Shown piece after piece: positions 38,949 through 50,914 of a stretch of 64,000 bases of DNA. Below the pieces are notes generated by a model that was given only the letters and a program-made list of their open reading frames with translations, was not told the origin of the DNA and made no database searches. The position numbers and the translations under genes were made by a program. Position 1 is the stretch's first letter, and each line of letters opens with the position of its first letter. This stretch comes from Eledone cirrhosa. Lineage: Eukaryota. Where the stretch lies: the NCBI GenBank assembly GCA_964016885.1, contig OZ024757.1, positions 5,890,001-5,954,000 on the forward strand, given 5' to 3'.

Positions 38949-39720
38949 TCACCCGTCATTTCTGTTCTCCTGGTCATTCTTCCCTACATGTTTCAGTCCT
39001 GGGTGTCCTTTTACATCATGGCCTCACGCACCAGGTCTGAACAAAGTCTGATTCACCACCTTGGGTCCTATTCCCCTCTTGGACTCAACTCACCTCCCCC
39101 AATTTCTCTAATACTCCGTCCATTATCACACCCCTAGATTCCTATCACTTTCTCTTCATCATTAACGTCTTCTCTTCAAACTAATACAGGCCGACTATAT
39201 ATGCTCACTCCACTTTTCCCTTCACTGCTCTCTATACATACACACCCTTATATTATCATACTGTTGCTCATAGCTTTGTACTTACATGCACACACACTCT
39301 TTTACTCACATATACACACACATTTCTTATTAGTTTCGTACAGACATATAACATACACACACACACACTTACACATGTGCACAAGTGTAGATCTTTTTAC
39401 AAAACGTTTTTTTTTCCATTTCAGGTAGACGTTCTCCATCATCCACTTTTCTAAAAAACAAATGATACACAAAACGCCAGCATCAACAGTTTTGCAAGAG
39501 ATGTCAACATGAATGGACCTGTTATTTTTATCTAAAGACATTTTTTTCCAATTCCAACCCGCCCGTCTGCTCAATCTATCTTATTTCTCATTATTTCTTC
39601 TGATGAAGGACTAGCATCTGAAACGTTAAGACCCTCTTCCTGCTATATCAAGAGTTAACCTAATATATCCCTTCCATATACTGTAACAATTGTGTTGTTA
39701 TTTCTGTTTACCTTTTACAT
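38948..39720 (+). mobile_element. Penelope-like element 3' remnant: GIY-YIG C-terminus + pseudo-LTR with hammerhead
   Basis: VTRHFCSPGHSSLHVSVLGV...RTRSEQSLIHHLGSYSPLGLN matches the PLE endonuclease end; hammerhead at 39596-39631; the last ~70 bp recur inverted at ~24864-24930. Confidence 0.75.
39596..39631 (+). ncRNA. Minimal hammerhead ribozyme motif
   Basis: TCTT CTGATGA aggactagcatct GAAACGTT AAGA: stem I TCTT/AAGA, palindromic AACGTT in place of stem III, weak stem II. Confidence 0.65.
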
Positions 39721-39887
39721 ACATATATTATATATACACTGTGTACAGTATATATTATACACTATATATAATGTTGTCCAAGAGAAAGGCAATGGCTGAT
39801 ACAGCTTGGCACCAGTGACATCACAACATATATACTATATATATATTATATATACACTGTACAATATATATTATACACTATATATAA

Positions 39888-40080
39888 TGTTGTCCAAGAG
39901 AAAGGCAATGGTTGATACAGCTTGGCACCAGTATCACAGTAACAGCACAACTCATTTCTACAGCTGAGTAAACCGTATGAAATAAAGTGTCTTGCTCAAG
40001 GATACAACACATCACACGGTCCGAGAATCGAACTCACAACCATTCGATTGCAAGCCCAATGCTCTAACCACTAAGCCATG
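39888..40080 (-). mobile_element. tRNA-headed SINE of a sister family (same head and core, different tail)
   Basis: Head and core at 39950-40080; the tail ...gccaagctgtatcagccattgcctttctcttggacaac is repeated at 38848 and 39772. Confidence 0.75.
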
Positions 40081-40099
40081 ATACCTTCCAGAACCAATC

Positions 40100-40665
40100 A
40101 TGATATAGAGAGATCATAAAGACAACCGTTGTTTTCATAGTTTAAGCCTTAAAATACCTCTCATACATGCTTTAAGTACATATAAACTCATTAAAACACA
40201 CTTTTGTATTTAAACACCAAAAACAGCCAGTAACGATCGTATAGAAACTACCACCAACTATCATACCACTAGTTACCAATGAGGACCATTGCCAGCCACG
40301 GTAGCCACTTGGTAATACACTGCACATCTCCCGTCAATCTATGAAGGGTTTGTAGTAGATTAGAGCAAAACACAATCAGTAAAACAGTAATGGAATGAAA
40401 AATATAAACATTTGTTTATAATTAAAGCCTTAAGATGTCCCTTCCTTACGATATACACTTTAATAACATTGAAACCAATTTAATAAGTTTAAAATTTAAA
40501 CAATTTTTATTCAGACGTACCGCGATAAGAAACTAGATATGTTCTAACGAATAATCCGCGATGTGGTGAGGATTACCGCGATAGGAAATTAGATACGTTC
40601 CAAAGAAATATCCGCGATGTAACGGGACCGCGAAAAGTGAACCGCGATATAGCGGGGGATCACTG
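40100..40665. mobile_element. pogo/Tigger-like non-autonomous DNA transposon, one terminus
   Basis: Right end accgcgatatagcgggggatcactg + TA with subterminal ccgcga repeats; left TIR not seen. Confidence 0.55.
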
Positions 40666-41841
40666 TATATATACACACAACATACATCTATCTATATACA
40701 CTTATAACATTTATTTCGATATCTTACATTAAAATGTTGACTGAGGGTGTGACAACTGTTTCTTGTGTGAGGTTGTTCCAGTGGTTGAAATATAGACAGA
40801 GGTAATTAAATAATAAAGACAGTCATGATAACAATATATTTTATATCACATGTAACAGTGGAATCTGATGATTGAAAAATATCACATCAACATTTCAGTT
40901 GGGAAGTGTTTTTTCTATATATAAAAGTGGAGGAAGAAATATATTTTTCTAATGTTGTTATATATATTTTCACTTGTATATAATTACTGGGTCGTTGTAG
41001 GGTTCACATAATTATATTATTTACACACATTAATATAGACATTAAGTAAATATTTGTCAACTTACCTCCTTCACATATAATCAATGTGTTGTGTTGTTAG
41101 TTGTTACTAAACAACCAAAGAAATAATCTCTTTGTTATCAAATTAGAAGTTTCAATGTTATCAGCTTTATTTCACGACATTAACGTTGGTGTATCTTCTT
41201 CATCTTTAGTCATAAATTGATATCTTGTCAGAATGAAGTAGTGAGGCTGACTTTATGTCTTTAGCTACAGATTAGATAGGAAATATATATATATTAGGTT
41301 GATATGTGGTCTAAAATATATATATTGTCTATAAATGACTGATAGCAGATGTTCTGGTGAAATAGTAGTTTTACTACTACAGATTGTAATGGAACTCTTA
41401 GTAGACACAATTGAAAAGTAAGAATAGATATGACAGTGTAAGACTGATGTCGGGGAATTAAAATTGTGTGTATATATATATATATATAATTGTTACACAA
41501 GATATAATTAGATTAATTAAAGTTATAATGAAGACAGCAGGTACCCGGTGTCGTTGAGAATATTTCAACTGTCGTACCGGTGTCATACGTTAAAAGTCCC
41601 TGATATAATTTAATACTTCAGACACAGTTCCAATCGTATTTAATTGATTGTAAGTCAGAAATTATCACTCAGTAAAATATCAATTATATATCAATAAGAA
41701 ATTCTCTACGTAGTCTAACTGCTAGAAATAGCAGCGATAATATCCAATACAACTGTTCTCTCTCTATATACATATTTATATATATACACACATATATGAA
41801 CGTATGTATGTAAATGTGTATACAACTCTTATGTGTATGTA

Positions 41842-42480
41842 TAAACAACTATTTTATGGAGAGTTAGTTAAAGGAAAACGACCTCCACATAAACCAAAAA
41901 AGAGGTATAAGGATTCCTTGAAAGCCTCTTTGAAAGACGCTAACATCTCTGCTGATACATGGGAAAATGTTGCTGCTGATCGTAATGTGGGATGTGAGGA
42001 AGGGCATTACCGTTGTATTTGCAGCGTCTGTGCGAGATTTTGCCTCAGCAAAGCTGGACTCGAAAGTCATCTTCGCAGTCACAAAGTAAGACCAGTGGTT
42101 GACTACCAGGCTGCTGTTGGAGATGCTACTCATCATGCCTGCCCAGCATGTGGTAGAGAATGTAAATCAGCAGGAAGGCTCAAAAGACATGCAAAAGTAC
42201 ATCAACTCCAGCCACAGCCGGCTATTCCCAGTGAATGTTTTGGTTGCCAACTCTGTGCAAGACATTTTAGATCATTGGCTGGGCTAAAAAGCCACATTCG
42301 ATCGCAGCACTGTTAGTTGCTATCACACGTGTGTGTAGATATGTTTGTGTCTGTGTGTGTGTGTATATATATATATATGTATGTATATTATTATTGTTGT
42401 TGTCATTATTATTATTATTATTATTATTGTTTTTTTTCTCGTGCAATGGCCATACTCGATAACGAGGGGGCAGCCATCAT
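41842..42480 (+). mobile_element. 3' end of an RTE-like LINE with three C-terminal C2H2 fingers
   Basis: KQLFYGELVKGKRPPHKPKKRYKDSLK..WENVAADR, then three CxxC..HxxxH fingers; stop at 42316; terminal motif at 42440-42480. Confidence 0.8.
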
Positions 42481-43249
42481 ATATGGGTATGTATGAGTGT
42501 GTATGTGTGTTTGCACGTATGTATGGTGTGTATATATATGTACATAGGGTTTTGGTATATGTACGTTTGATGAACATGTGTATTTACCTGTAGGTATGTG
42601 AGTGTGCATTCTATACGCATTTATGCGCGTATATTTATATATGTATACACACACACATATTTATATGTGTATTTGGTGTATACGTCCGTATGTGTGTGGT
42701 TATGTGTCGCGCCCGTTTACGTATGTGTGCGCGTGTTTATGTGTACGTGCATGTATATGCATGCATGCCGTGTGTTTTCGCATATGCACGTGTATAAATG
42801 TGTGTATGTATATATTTAAGATTCATGATTTCAATAACCTTTGTCATTTTCGTTCTACTAATTTATTTACATTATTCTGAACTCCGAAGCCGAGAATCAT
42901 TCAGTTTCCTAAATAATATATTAGTCTACGACTCCATTTATACCTTAAATGTGGTTTTGTCTTTGCGTGTAATTGTTCTCACCGCTCCACATAACGAGGT
43001 ATGATCTTCGCTTCTTTCCGTTCATTGCCAGAGAACATCTTCACGAACCAAAGTATCGTCTTCCTGTTTTACTTCGGTTGCAACATTTTTCGAAATATTT
43101 ACTTCTACGTTCACATATTGATTTTTTTCAGTTTCAGATCCCGTTAAGGGTGAAAGCAACAATTCCTTATGTATGTGGGGTGGGGATTGGAGAAGTAGGT
43201 CAGAGGGGTTACTTCAAACCACTAAATGTTGCTTCATTTGTGCACATTG

Positions 43250-43930
43250 GAATGCAGGTCTCCTGCAGTACTGTATAACGCCAAAGATTTCAATCCTGTG
43301 TCATCACCTTTGAGAGGTACAATGGTGTCAGGTCAGTTTTTACCTCCTCATCCCAAGCATTCATAGGTCTTCTTCTTACATCAATTTCAAGCAGTCAACC
43401 TTTTATACAACATCTCTACCTTCATACACATCACATGTCCATACCACAGCAATCTCCTCTCCTGCATACTGTATCTTATCCCTCTCATGCCCAGGTTCTC
43501 TCTCTTTATTTACACTTTGCTCTTCATGTATATTAATATTACACATCCATCGGAGAATTCAAGCTTCATTTCTATCCAATCTTCCGAGGTCCTCACTGCA
43601 ATGCAGCATTGCTGTTCATATGCACACATCAATTTGGTGAAACAACCTTTTGTAGCTAGCAGTAGTAGTAATAGTAGTACCCTAAACCTTTGTCATTTTG
43701 TTCTTACTCTGGTTTCTGTACTTTCAGTACACCTACCTCCACTGCTAATTTTGTCACCCAGGTAACAGAAACTGTCAACTGTTTCTATGGAACCCTTTAA
43801 ATATTTGATAGAACTTGTCTCCCAAAGGTGATTGCTTCTTACTGCTCCAGTGCAATGACCCCATGTAAAACCTACATTCTTAGCTAACTTACCTTGTATC
43901 CCACTAAATCTCTTGTGTACCCATAGTCTC
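43250..43930 (-). mobile_element. Old degenerate RTE LINE 3' portion
   Basis: WVHKRFSGIQGKL..VDSFCYLGDKISSGG..; many indels. Confidence 0.82.
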
Positions 43931-44050
43931 TTTAGAGTAAATAATGTTTCATACACATAACATCGATGTGTGACCATTAGTTTCTGAGCCCACTTATGGC
44001 CACCACTGTTTACTATTGTCAAAAAGGAGGTAAATCTTTAGATGTAAATC

Positions 44051-45137
44051 TTATGCTGGGTCGTTCACACACATTGACACTGCACATCCAACGGAGCATG
44101 CTTGCCTCATTTCTCTCCAGCTGTCGCATATCCTCTGCAGTTGCTGCCCATGTCTCACTACCATGCAGCATCGCGCTTTTCACACGGGCATCATATAACC
44201 GGCCTTTCGTACGCAGGGAGAAACCCTTCTTCGACAGTAGCTCCCTAAACTTCTTCCAACCCGTCTTTATTCTAGATACTATGGCCTCGGAACCCCCCTC
44301 CCCTCCCATGCTAATCTGATTTCCTAGGTGCCGGAAGCTATCCACCACTTCAATAGCACCCGCCTGCATTTGTAAAATGTGTCTATCACTGTGACTTCTA
44401 CTGTCTAATTTCCCTGTACATCTACTGCATACTTAGTTTGCCTGCTATCCTACTACCTCTCTTGTGTATGCAACATCTGCATTGTGTGCATTTTATAGAA
44501 TTTATGCCAGTTCCTTTTCTGCATATCGAACATGGCCCTGACGGAATCAGAGTTTTGTCCTCTTTTCTACTCATCAACACTTTTGTATTAGCTAGGTTCA
44601 CTTTCAGTCCTCTTGCTTCCAACTGCTGTTTCCATAGCCAGAATTTATTCTCTAGTTCCTCTTCTGATTCTGCTATAAGAACCAGATCGCTAGCAGAGAG
44701 AAGTTCCCATGGACATCCAGTATTAAACTCCTCTGTTATGGCTTGGAGGCCTACAATGAACAAGAGTGGGCTGAGGACGGAACCTTGATGTATATCTACT
44801 TGTATCTGGAATTCCTCACTAAACTCCTTTCCTACCCTGACTTTACTGACAGCACCTCTGTACAAAGTTTGCACTGTCCTCACAAGCCATTCCTCAACAC
44901 CTAGTTTCCTTAGGGACCACCAGGTGACAGATCGGGGTACCCTATTAAAGGGCTTCTCTAGGTCAACAAAGGCTCAGTATAGAGTATAGTGGCTTATTCA
45001 TCTCTAAGAACCTCTCTTGTAATTGTCTCACCAGGAAGAGGGCATCTGTTGTACTTTTCCCAGGCACAAAACCAAACTGCATCTCTTCTAGTTTAACCCT
45101 TTCATTACCTGATTACCACTTTCATAACCTGATCCAC
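44051..45137 (-). mobile_element. RTE LINE family B RT fragment
   Basis: ORFs 44422-44883 and 44019-44369, similar to 18314-19430. Confidence 0.92.
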
Positions 45138-45164
45138 ATATATATATACATATATATATATATG

Positions 45165-46412
45165 TCTAAGACTAAAGTCCTAGTTTGTAGAAAGGAAAAT
45201 AAGGCACAGGTACCCTCAGGGAAATGGCCATGCTCAGTGTGTAGGAAAGGAGTAGGCAGAAATTAAATTTTATATCCCAAATGAAAAGTATGGGTACATA
45301 AAAGATGTAGTGGGATCACAGGTAAACTATCTAAGAACGTAGACTTTATATGTGGCCGATGCTCAGGTGCAATAAGTAGCACGTGTCCACAGGATACTAG
45401 CTCCTTCTATTGCCCAGATGGTTCTATAGAAATAGTAGAAAATTTCCGTTACCTGGGTGACGAAATCAGCAGTGGTGGAGGGTGTTCTGAAAGTACAGTA
45501 GCCAGAGTCAGAACGGGATGGAAAAAGTTCAGAGAGTTTATACCACTGTTGACCACAAAAGGGTTCTCTCTAAAAATGAAAGGCAGATTGTATGATGCCT
45601 GCATACGAACAGCAATGTTGCATGGCAGTGAGACACGGGCATTGTGTGAAGAGGACCTGCGTAGACTGGAAAGGAACGAAGCATGCATGCTCCGTTGGAT
45701 GTGTAATAGTAATATACGTGAACGGCAAAGCATAAATAAACTAAGTGAGAAATTAGGAATAAGAGGGATCAGATGCTGTTTACTCGAGAGAAGACTACGT
45801 TGGTATGGCCACGTGATGCGCATGAAAGACGACAGCTGTATAAAAAAGTGCAGGGCGATCAAAATTGATGGTAGACCCAGAAAAACCTGGGACGATCTGA
45901 TAAATTCCGACATTACACACTTGCACCTCTCAAAGACAATGTCACTGGAACGAGATCTTTGGCACTATGCAGTAATAGAGAAGACCCGCCTTCCCTATGT
46001 ACAAAGTGAATCCTACAATCAGTAGGCACCTCTTAACCAAATAAATATACACCCCAATCCACTACCCATACCCTATCCTCCCACTCCCACCAACACCACC
46101 CTCTCTCTATTGGTACCACAACATCCAGTCCAAATAAATGAGATAATGAGATCGAGATCATGTAGGTATCCTAAAAAAAACACACAGTCCACGCTGTAAT
46201 GTAGTCGTGTAGGTAACATGGTAAAAAGTTCCCAGTTCCACACTGTAAATGTGGTTGGTGTTAGGAAGGGCATCCAGCCGTAGAAAACCTGCCAGATAGT
46301 CCTATATGAGCGAGACACGGTCACCCGACCAACCTTGCCTCAAGTGGGACAACTCCCGTCTAACCCATGCTAGCGTGGAAAATGGATGTTAAACGAAGAT
46401 GATGATGATGAT
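45165..46412 (+). mobile_element. RTE LINE family A, 3' portion with tail
   Basis: ORF 45549-46025; 3' UTR like 19834-20220 inverted. Confidence 0.92.
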
Positions 46413-46465
46413 ACATATATATATACATATACATTTGTATATATATACATATATATATACATATA

Positions 46466-47262
46466 TACATGGCTTGTATAGCTCTCATAAGCGTTTCATC
46501 TACACCTAGTTTTCTAAGAGCCCACCAGATAATGGAGCGGAGGTCTCTGTCAAAGGCTTTCTCCAGGTCTACAAAAGCTAAGTAGAGGGTTTTACTTTTA
46601 GCTAGGTACTTCTCCTGTAGTTGTCGTACAAGGAAAAGAGCGTCTGTGGTACTTTTACCTGACACAAACTCAAACTGCATTTCATCTAGATCAATTCGCT
46701 CTCTGACCTTCATGACCTGGTCAACTAACTTAACACCTCTATAGTTTCCCCTATCTAGAGCATCCCATTTAGAGTTAATGACTGCTACACCAGTCCTTTG
46801 GTATGACCCCATTCTGTATTACTTGGTTTACTATCTGGGTGACCATAGTGTGTCCCACCATACCAGATGCCTTTAACATCTCAGCAACTATCTCCGAAGG
46901 CCCAGCTGCCTTGCCTGTCTTCATATCTTTGATTGCCTTACTTATTATACTACCTTTAACTTGCACTGCTGGTCCTTCTATTGGATCGATTTGGGGCAGA
47001 CTATCTTTTTCCCAGTTATTGTCCTCATTTAGTAGCCTCTCGTAGTGACACTTCCAAGTTATCTTCTTATCAGTATAAGTGAGGCCAAGTACACCATTAT
47101 CATTACGGACTCACTTCTCCCCGACAATATCACGATTTTCCTTGACACATTGCCTAGCAATCCTGAGCACCTCACGTTTTTGGTCCTCTTGTTGTAGAAA
47201 ATGCTTGATCTTTCTCTCCTCTGCTTCCCCCTTTGCAAGGTACACTTGTCTCCTAGCTTCTC
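46466..47262 (-). mobile_element. RTE LINE family A, internal fragment
   Basis: ARQCVKENRDIVGEK..MKTGKAAGP..QLQEKYL..KAFDR. Confidence 0.9.
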
Positions 47263-47351
47263 TCCATAAAAGAACTAGAGAATAAGTGACCCTACTGCAT
47301 ATGTAGGAAAGGAGTAGGCATAAACTGTACACAATGATAGCTTCTTGCTAT

Positions 47352-47742
47352 CTAGGTGGAGAGAAATGGAGCAACCATGCTTCGTTGGATGTGCAACGTA
47401 AATGTGAGAGGAAGGCAGAGCTTGGATAAATTGAGGAAGAATTTGGACTTCAGAGGAAACCTAAGTGGTGTGCAAGAGAGAAGAGTGCTTTGGTAGGGAT
47501 ATGTGATATCCATGGATGGTGATCACTGGTTAAAGAAGTGCCAGGGAATATGAAAGGAGGGAAACGATAGTAGAGGTAGACCAAGGAAGACCAGCATAGA
47601 TGTGGAGAGAGCTGATCTCAAATTGCTGAGCCTCAAAGAGGAGATAACGAAGGAACAAGCGAGTGGGGAGATGTGCTTAAAAGAGCCCATCCAACCCATG
47701 CCAAGAGTGAAAAACGGGCGTAAAACTATGATGATGTAGATG
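47352..47742 (+). mobile_element. Old RTE LINE 3' end
   Basis: atgcttcgttggatgtgc..agaggtagaccaaggaagac..aacccatgcc..aaaacgggcgtaaaactatgatg; related copy at 57200-57720. Confidence 0.75.
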
Positions 47743-47800
47743 AAGTAAATTATATCAAAATAGATTTAGACTAAAACGAACAAAACTTCCCTGAAAAAAC

Positions 47801-48232
47801 AACAAGGTACAGCTAAATATAAATATATTTTATAATGTAAGGTAGTGAACCACATAATTAAATAGACGGAGGTAATTTCAATAATAAATATATCTTTAAT
47901 TTACTTAAAGCAATAACAAGGTATAGCTAAATATAAACTATATTTTATAATGTAAGGTAGTGAACCACATAATTAAATAGACGGAGATAATTTAAATAAT
48001 AAAGATATCTTTAATTTACTTAAAGCAATAACAAGGTATAGCTAAATATAAACTATATTTTATAATGTAAGGTAGTGAACAAGATAATTAAATAAACGGT
48101 AGTAATTTAAATAATAAATATATCTTTAATTTACTTAAAGCAATAACAAGGTACAGTTAAATATAAACTATATTTTATAATGTAAGGTAGTGAACAAGAT
48201 AATTAAATAAACGGTGGTAATTTAAATAATAA
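47801..48232. repeat. 115-bp tandem repeat, ~3.7 copies
   Basis: aacaaggta starts at 47801, 47915, 48030 and 48145. Confidence 0.92.
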
Positions 48233-49010
48233 AGACAGTCATGATAACAATATATTTTATATCACATGTAACAGTGGAATCTGGTTAATTACTGGATCGT
48301 TGTAGGTTTCACATAATTATATTATTTACACACATTAATATAGACATTAAGTAAATCTTTGTCAACTTACCTCCTTCACATATAATCAATGTGTTGTGTT
48401 GTTAGTTGTTACTAAACAACCAAAGAAATAATCTTTGTTATCAAATTAGAAGTTTCAATGTTATCAGCTTTATTTCACGACATTAACGTTGGTGTATCTT
48501 CATCTTTAGTCATAAATTGATATCTTGTCAGAATGAAGTAGTGAGGCTGACTTTATGTCTTTAGCTACAGATTTGATAGGAAATATATATATATTAGGTT
48601 GATATGTGGTCTAAATTATATATATTGTCTATAAATGACTGATAGCAGATGTTCTGGTGAAATAGTAGTTTTACTACTACAGATTGTAATGGAACTCTTA
48701 GTAGACACAATTGTAAAGTAAGAATAGATATGACAGTGTAAGAAAATTGTGTATATATATATATACAATTGTTACGCAAAATATAATTAGATTAAAAGAC
48801 AGCAGGTACTCGATGTCGTTGGAAATGATTTAACTCCCTTACCGGTGTCATTAGTTAAAAGTCCCTGATATAATTTAATACTTCAAACACAGTTCCAATC
48901 GTATTTAATCGATAGTAAATGAAAAGGTATCACTCAATAAAATATCAATTATATATCGACGTAGTCTCTTTGACTGCTAGAAATAGCAGTGAAATTATCC
49001 ATTACAGACT
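48212..49010. repeat. Local segmental duplicate of 40795-41745
   Basis: Long near-identical non-TE sequence, e.g. attaggttgatatgtggtctaaa..gcagatgttctggtgaaatagtag. Confidence 0.92.
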
Positions 49011-49630
49011 TTTCTTTCTTTAAACTCTTACGTTTAGTAGATGTTTGTGTTGAGAATGTGTGTATTTGTGTATTGTATGACGGAAGTCACCATTGAAGAT
49101 GTTAAAAGGAATGTTGTGGAAAATAGCATCGTACGACTTTGTAATTGTTTACATATAATTTATTTACAGATTACAAAGGTTAGAAGAATGTCTCTTGAGA
49201 AGAATATCTCTTGTTATCAATAAAAAGGTTATAAAGATTTAAAGACGTACGGTCAACTGGCTGAGGCATTAGCCAGACCTGTAGTGATATCTGTTGCTAC
49301 ATATTGTCTATGCTTGAGGAACGAAAGCAAGAGATGTTTACCTTCACGGTGTCGAGCTGCAAGAGAGAGAGTTTCGAATCTCCGCAGGAATTTTTCCTTC
49401 TGGGCGGATCTCGAGATACATTTTCCTACACTGGTAGTGATTGGTTGAACTGAGCCAAACAACGCACAGAGAATGTATCCATCAGCCCTCGGAATGTAGG
49501 TCACTACAGTACCCCCTATGTAGTCTGCAAGACGATAGATAAGATTGAATCAGCAGGAAAAAGGCTTAAAGAGAGGACATCAATGAATATATGTGTGTAT
49601 ATATATATGTATATATGATATATATATATA

Positions 49631-50507
49631 CAGGTGTGGACGATATTTGGTAGCAATTTTAAACTGCTAATTTTATGCAAATTTTTTTTCCTTCCGTTGT
49701 CACTCTTATCCTCATAAAATCAGTGACTATATTTCCATTATTTATTTTCAGAATAATTGATTACGAATAATTTTGAACCTCCAAATTTGTGGAAGAGACA
49801 CGGAGTTCTTCTTGGAATCAGCGCCGGGAGGACAAATAAGACCAGAAGATCGACTCCCAGAACAACAGGTGGCTCGCTGTCTCATCCAAAGATGTGCCCA
49901 GAGTCTTGCAGATAAAGTTTCCACTGACAACATTGGTCTTAGGTGTCGTCAGCAGTCAATGTGACGTAATGCCACCTGACTGCTTCCCTGAAGGTCTCAA
50001 GCTGAACACCGATGGCTACATTTGCGTTCTGAGCGAGGTAATAAAGCCCTGGATCGACTAGGTAGCTGCAGGTAGGCCGTACATGTGGCACCAAGACTCA
50101 ACGCGCTGCCATACCAGCCGAAAGATCCAAGCCTGGCTGTCAGAGAACTTCGTCGACCTCACTTTCCCTGACATTTGGCCTCCCAGCTAGCCTGACTGTA
50201 ATCCTCTCGACTTCTTTGTGTGGGTGCAGTGGAACGAGGCACCAACAGACCCAGCTGCAATACTAAAGATGATCTTAAGGCCAGGATCACAAGTGCCTTT
50301 AGGGGCCTAAGTCAGGGGACAGTGATGAAGGCGTGTAGCCGGTTTCAAGGCCGTCATCAAAGCCAATGGCAGGGTTATCGAGTGAGATTGAAAGAACAAG
50401 TCATGAAGACAAACTGACCCAAGTTTGATAAATAAATCTTAAAAAACAAAACTACTATTATTTTATCTTAGACAGTAATCTTGCAAATAATTATCGTCCG
50501 CACCCTG
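49631..50507 (+). mobile_element. Internally deleted Tc1/mariner transposon, DD37D (maT) type
   Basis: TA-flanked imperfect TIRs CAGG(G)TG(C/T)GGACGATA; relic WHQDSTRCHTSRKIQAWLSENF..WPPS*PDCNPLDFFVWG, with 37 residues between the last two Asp. Confidence 0.85.
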
Positions 50508-50550
50508 TATGTATACATATATAATATATGATATATATATATATATATAG

Positions 50551-50896
50551 TGGAGGCACATGGCTTAGTGGTTAGAGCATTGGCCTTGCAATCGAAAGGT
50601 TGTGAGTTCAATTCTCAGACCGGGTGATGTGTTGTTTCCTTGAGCAAGAGACCTTATTTCACGTTGCTCCAGTTTACTCAGCTGTAGAAATGAGATGATA
50701 GGGATTGGGGTCCCTATCATTCCACTGCAAAGTGGTCGTGGAGGTGCCACGGCAAAAAAGCACCCAGCACTCACTGTAAATGAGGTTGGTGTTAGGAAGG
50801 GCATCCAGCTGTAGAAATCAAGCCAGCATCAGTTCCCGTCCCACCCTTGCAAGCAAGGAAAAGCGGACGTAAAAATGATGATGATGATGATGATGA
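50551..50896 (+). mobile_element. Full-length tRNA-headed SINE (reference copy)
   Basis: A box TGGCTTAGTGG, B box GAGTTCAATTC, CORE-like ccttgagcaagac..ctcagctgtagaaatgag, RTE-type tail + (gat)n. Confidence 0.93.
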
Positions 50897-50914
50897 TATG
50901 TATGTATATATAAA

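Noticed and set aside
49070-49530. CpG-containing patch with short ORFs and a possible mini-intron
   Set aside because: Stops in every frame and no recognisable motif; no call can be supported.
50551-50625. tRNA gene (also at the other SINE heads)
   Set aside because: A and B boxes are present, but there is no acceptor-stem pairing and the sequence continues into the SINE body in many copies.
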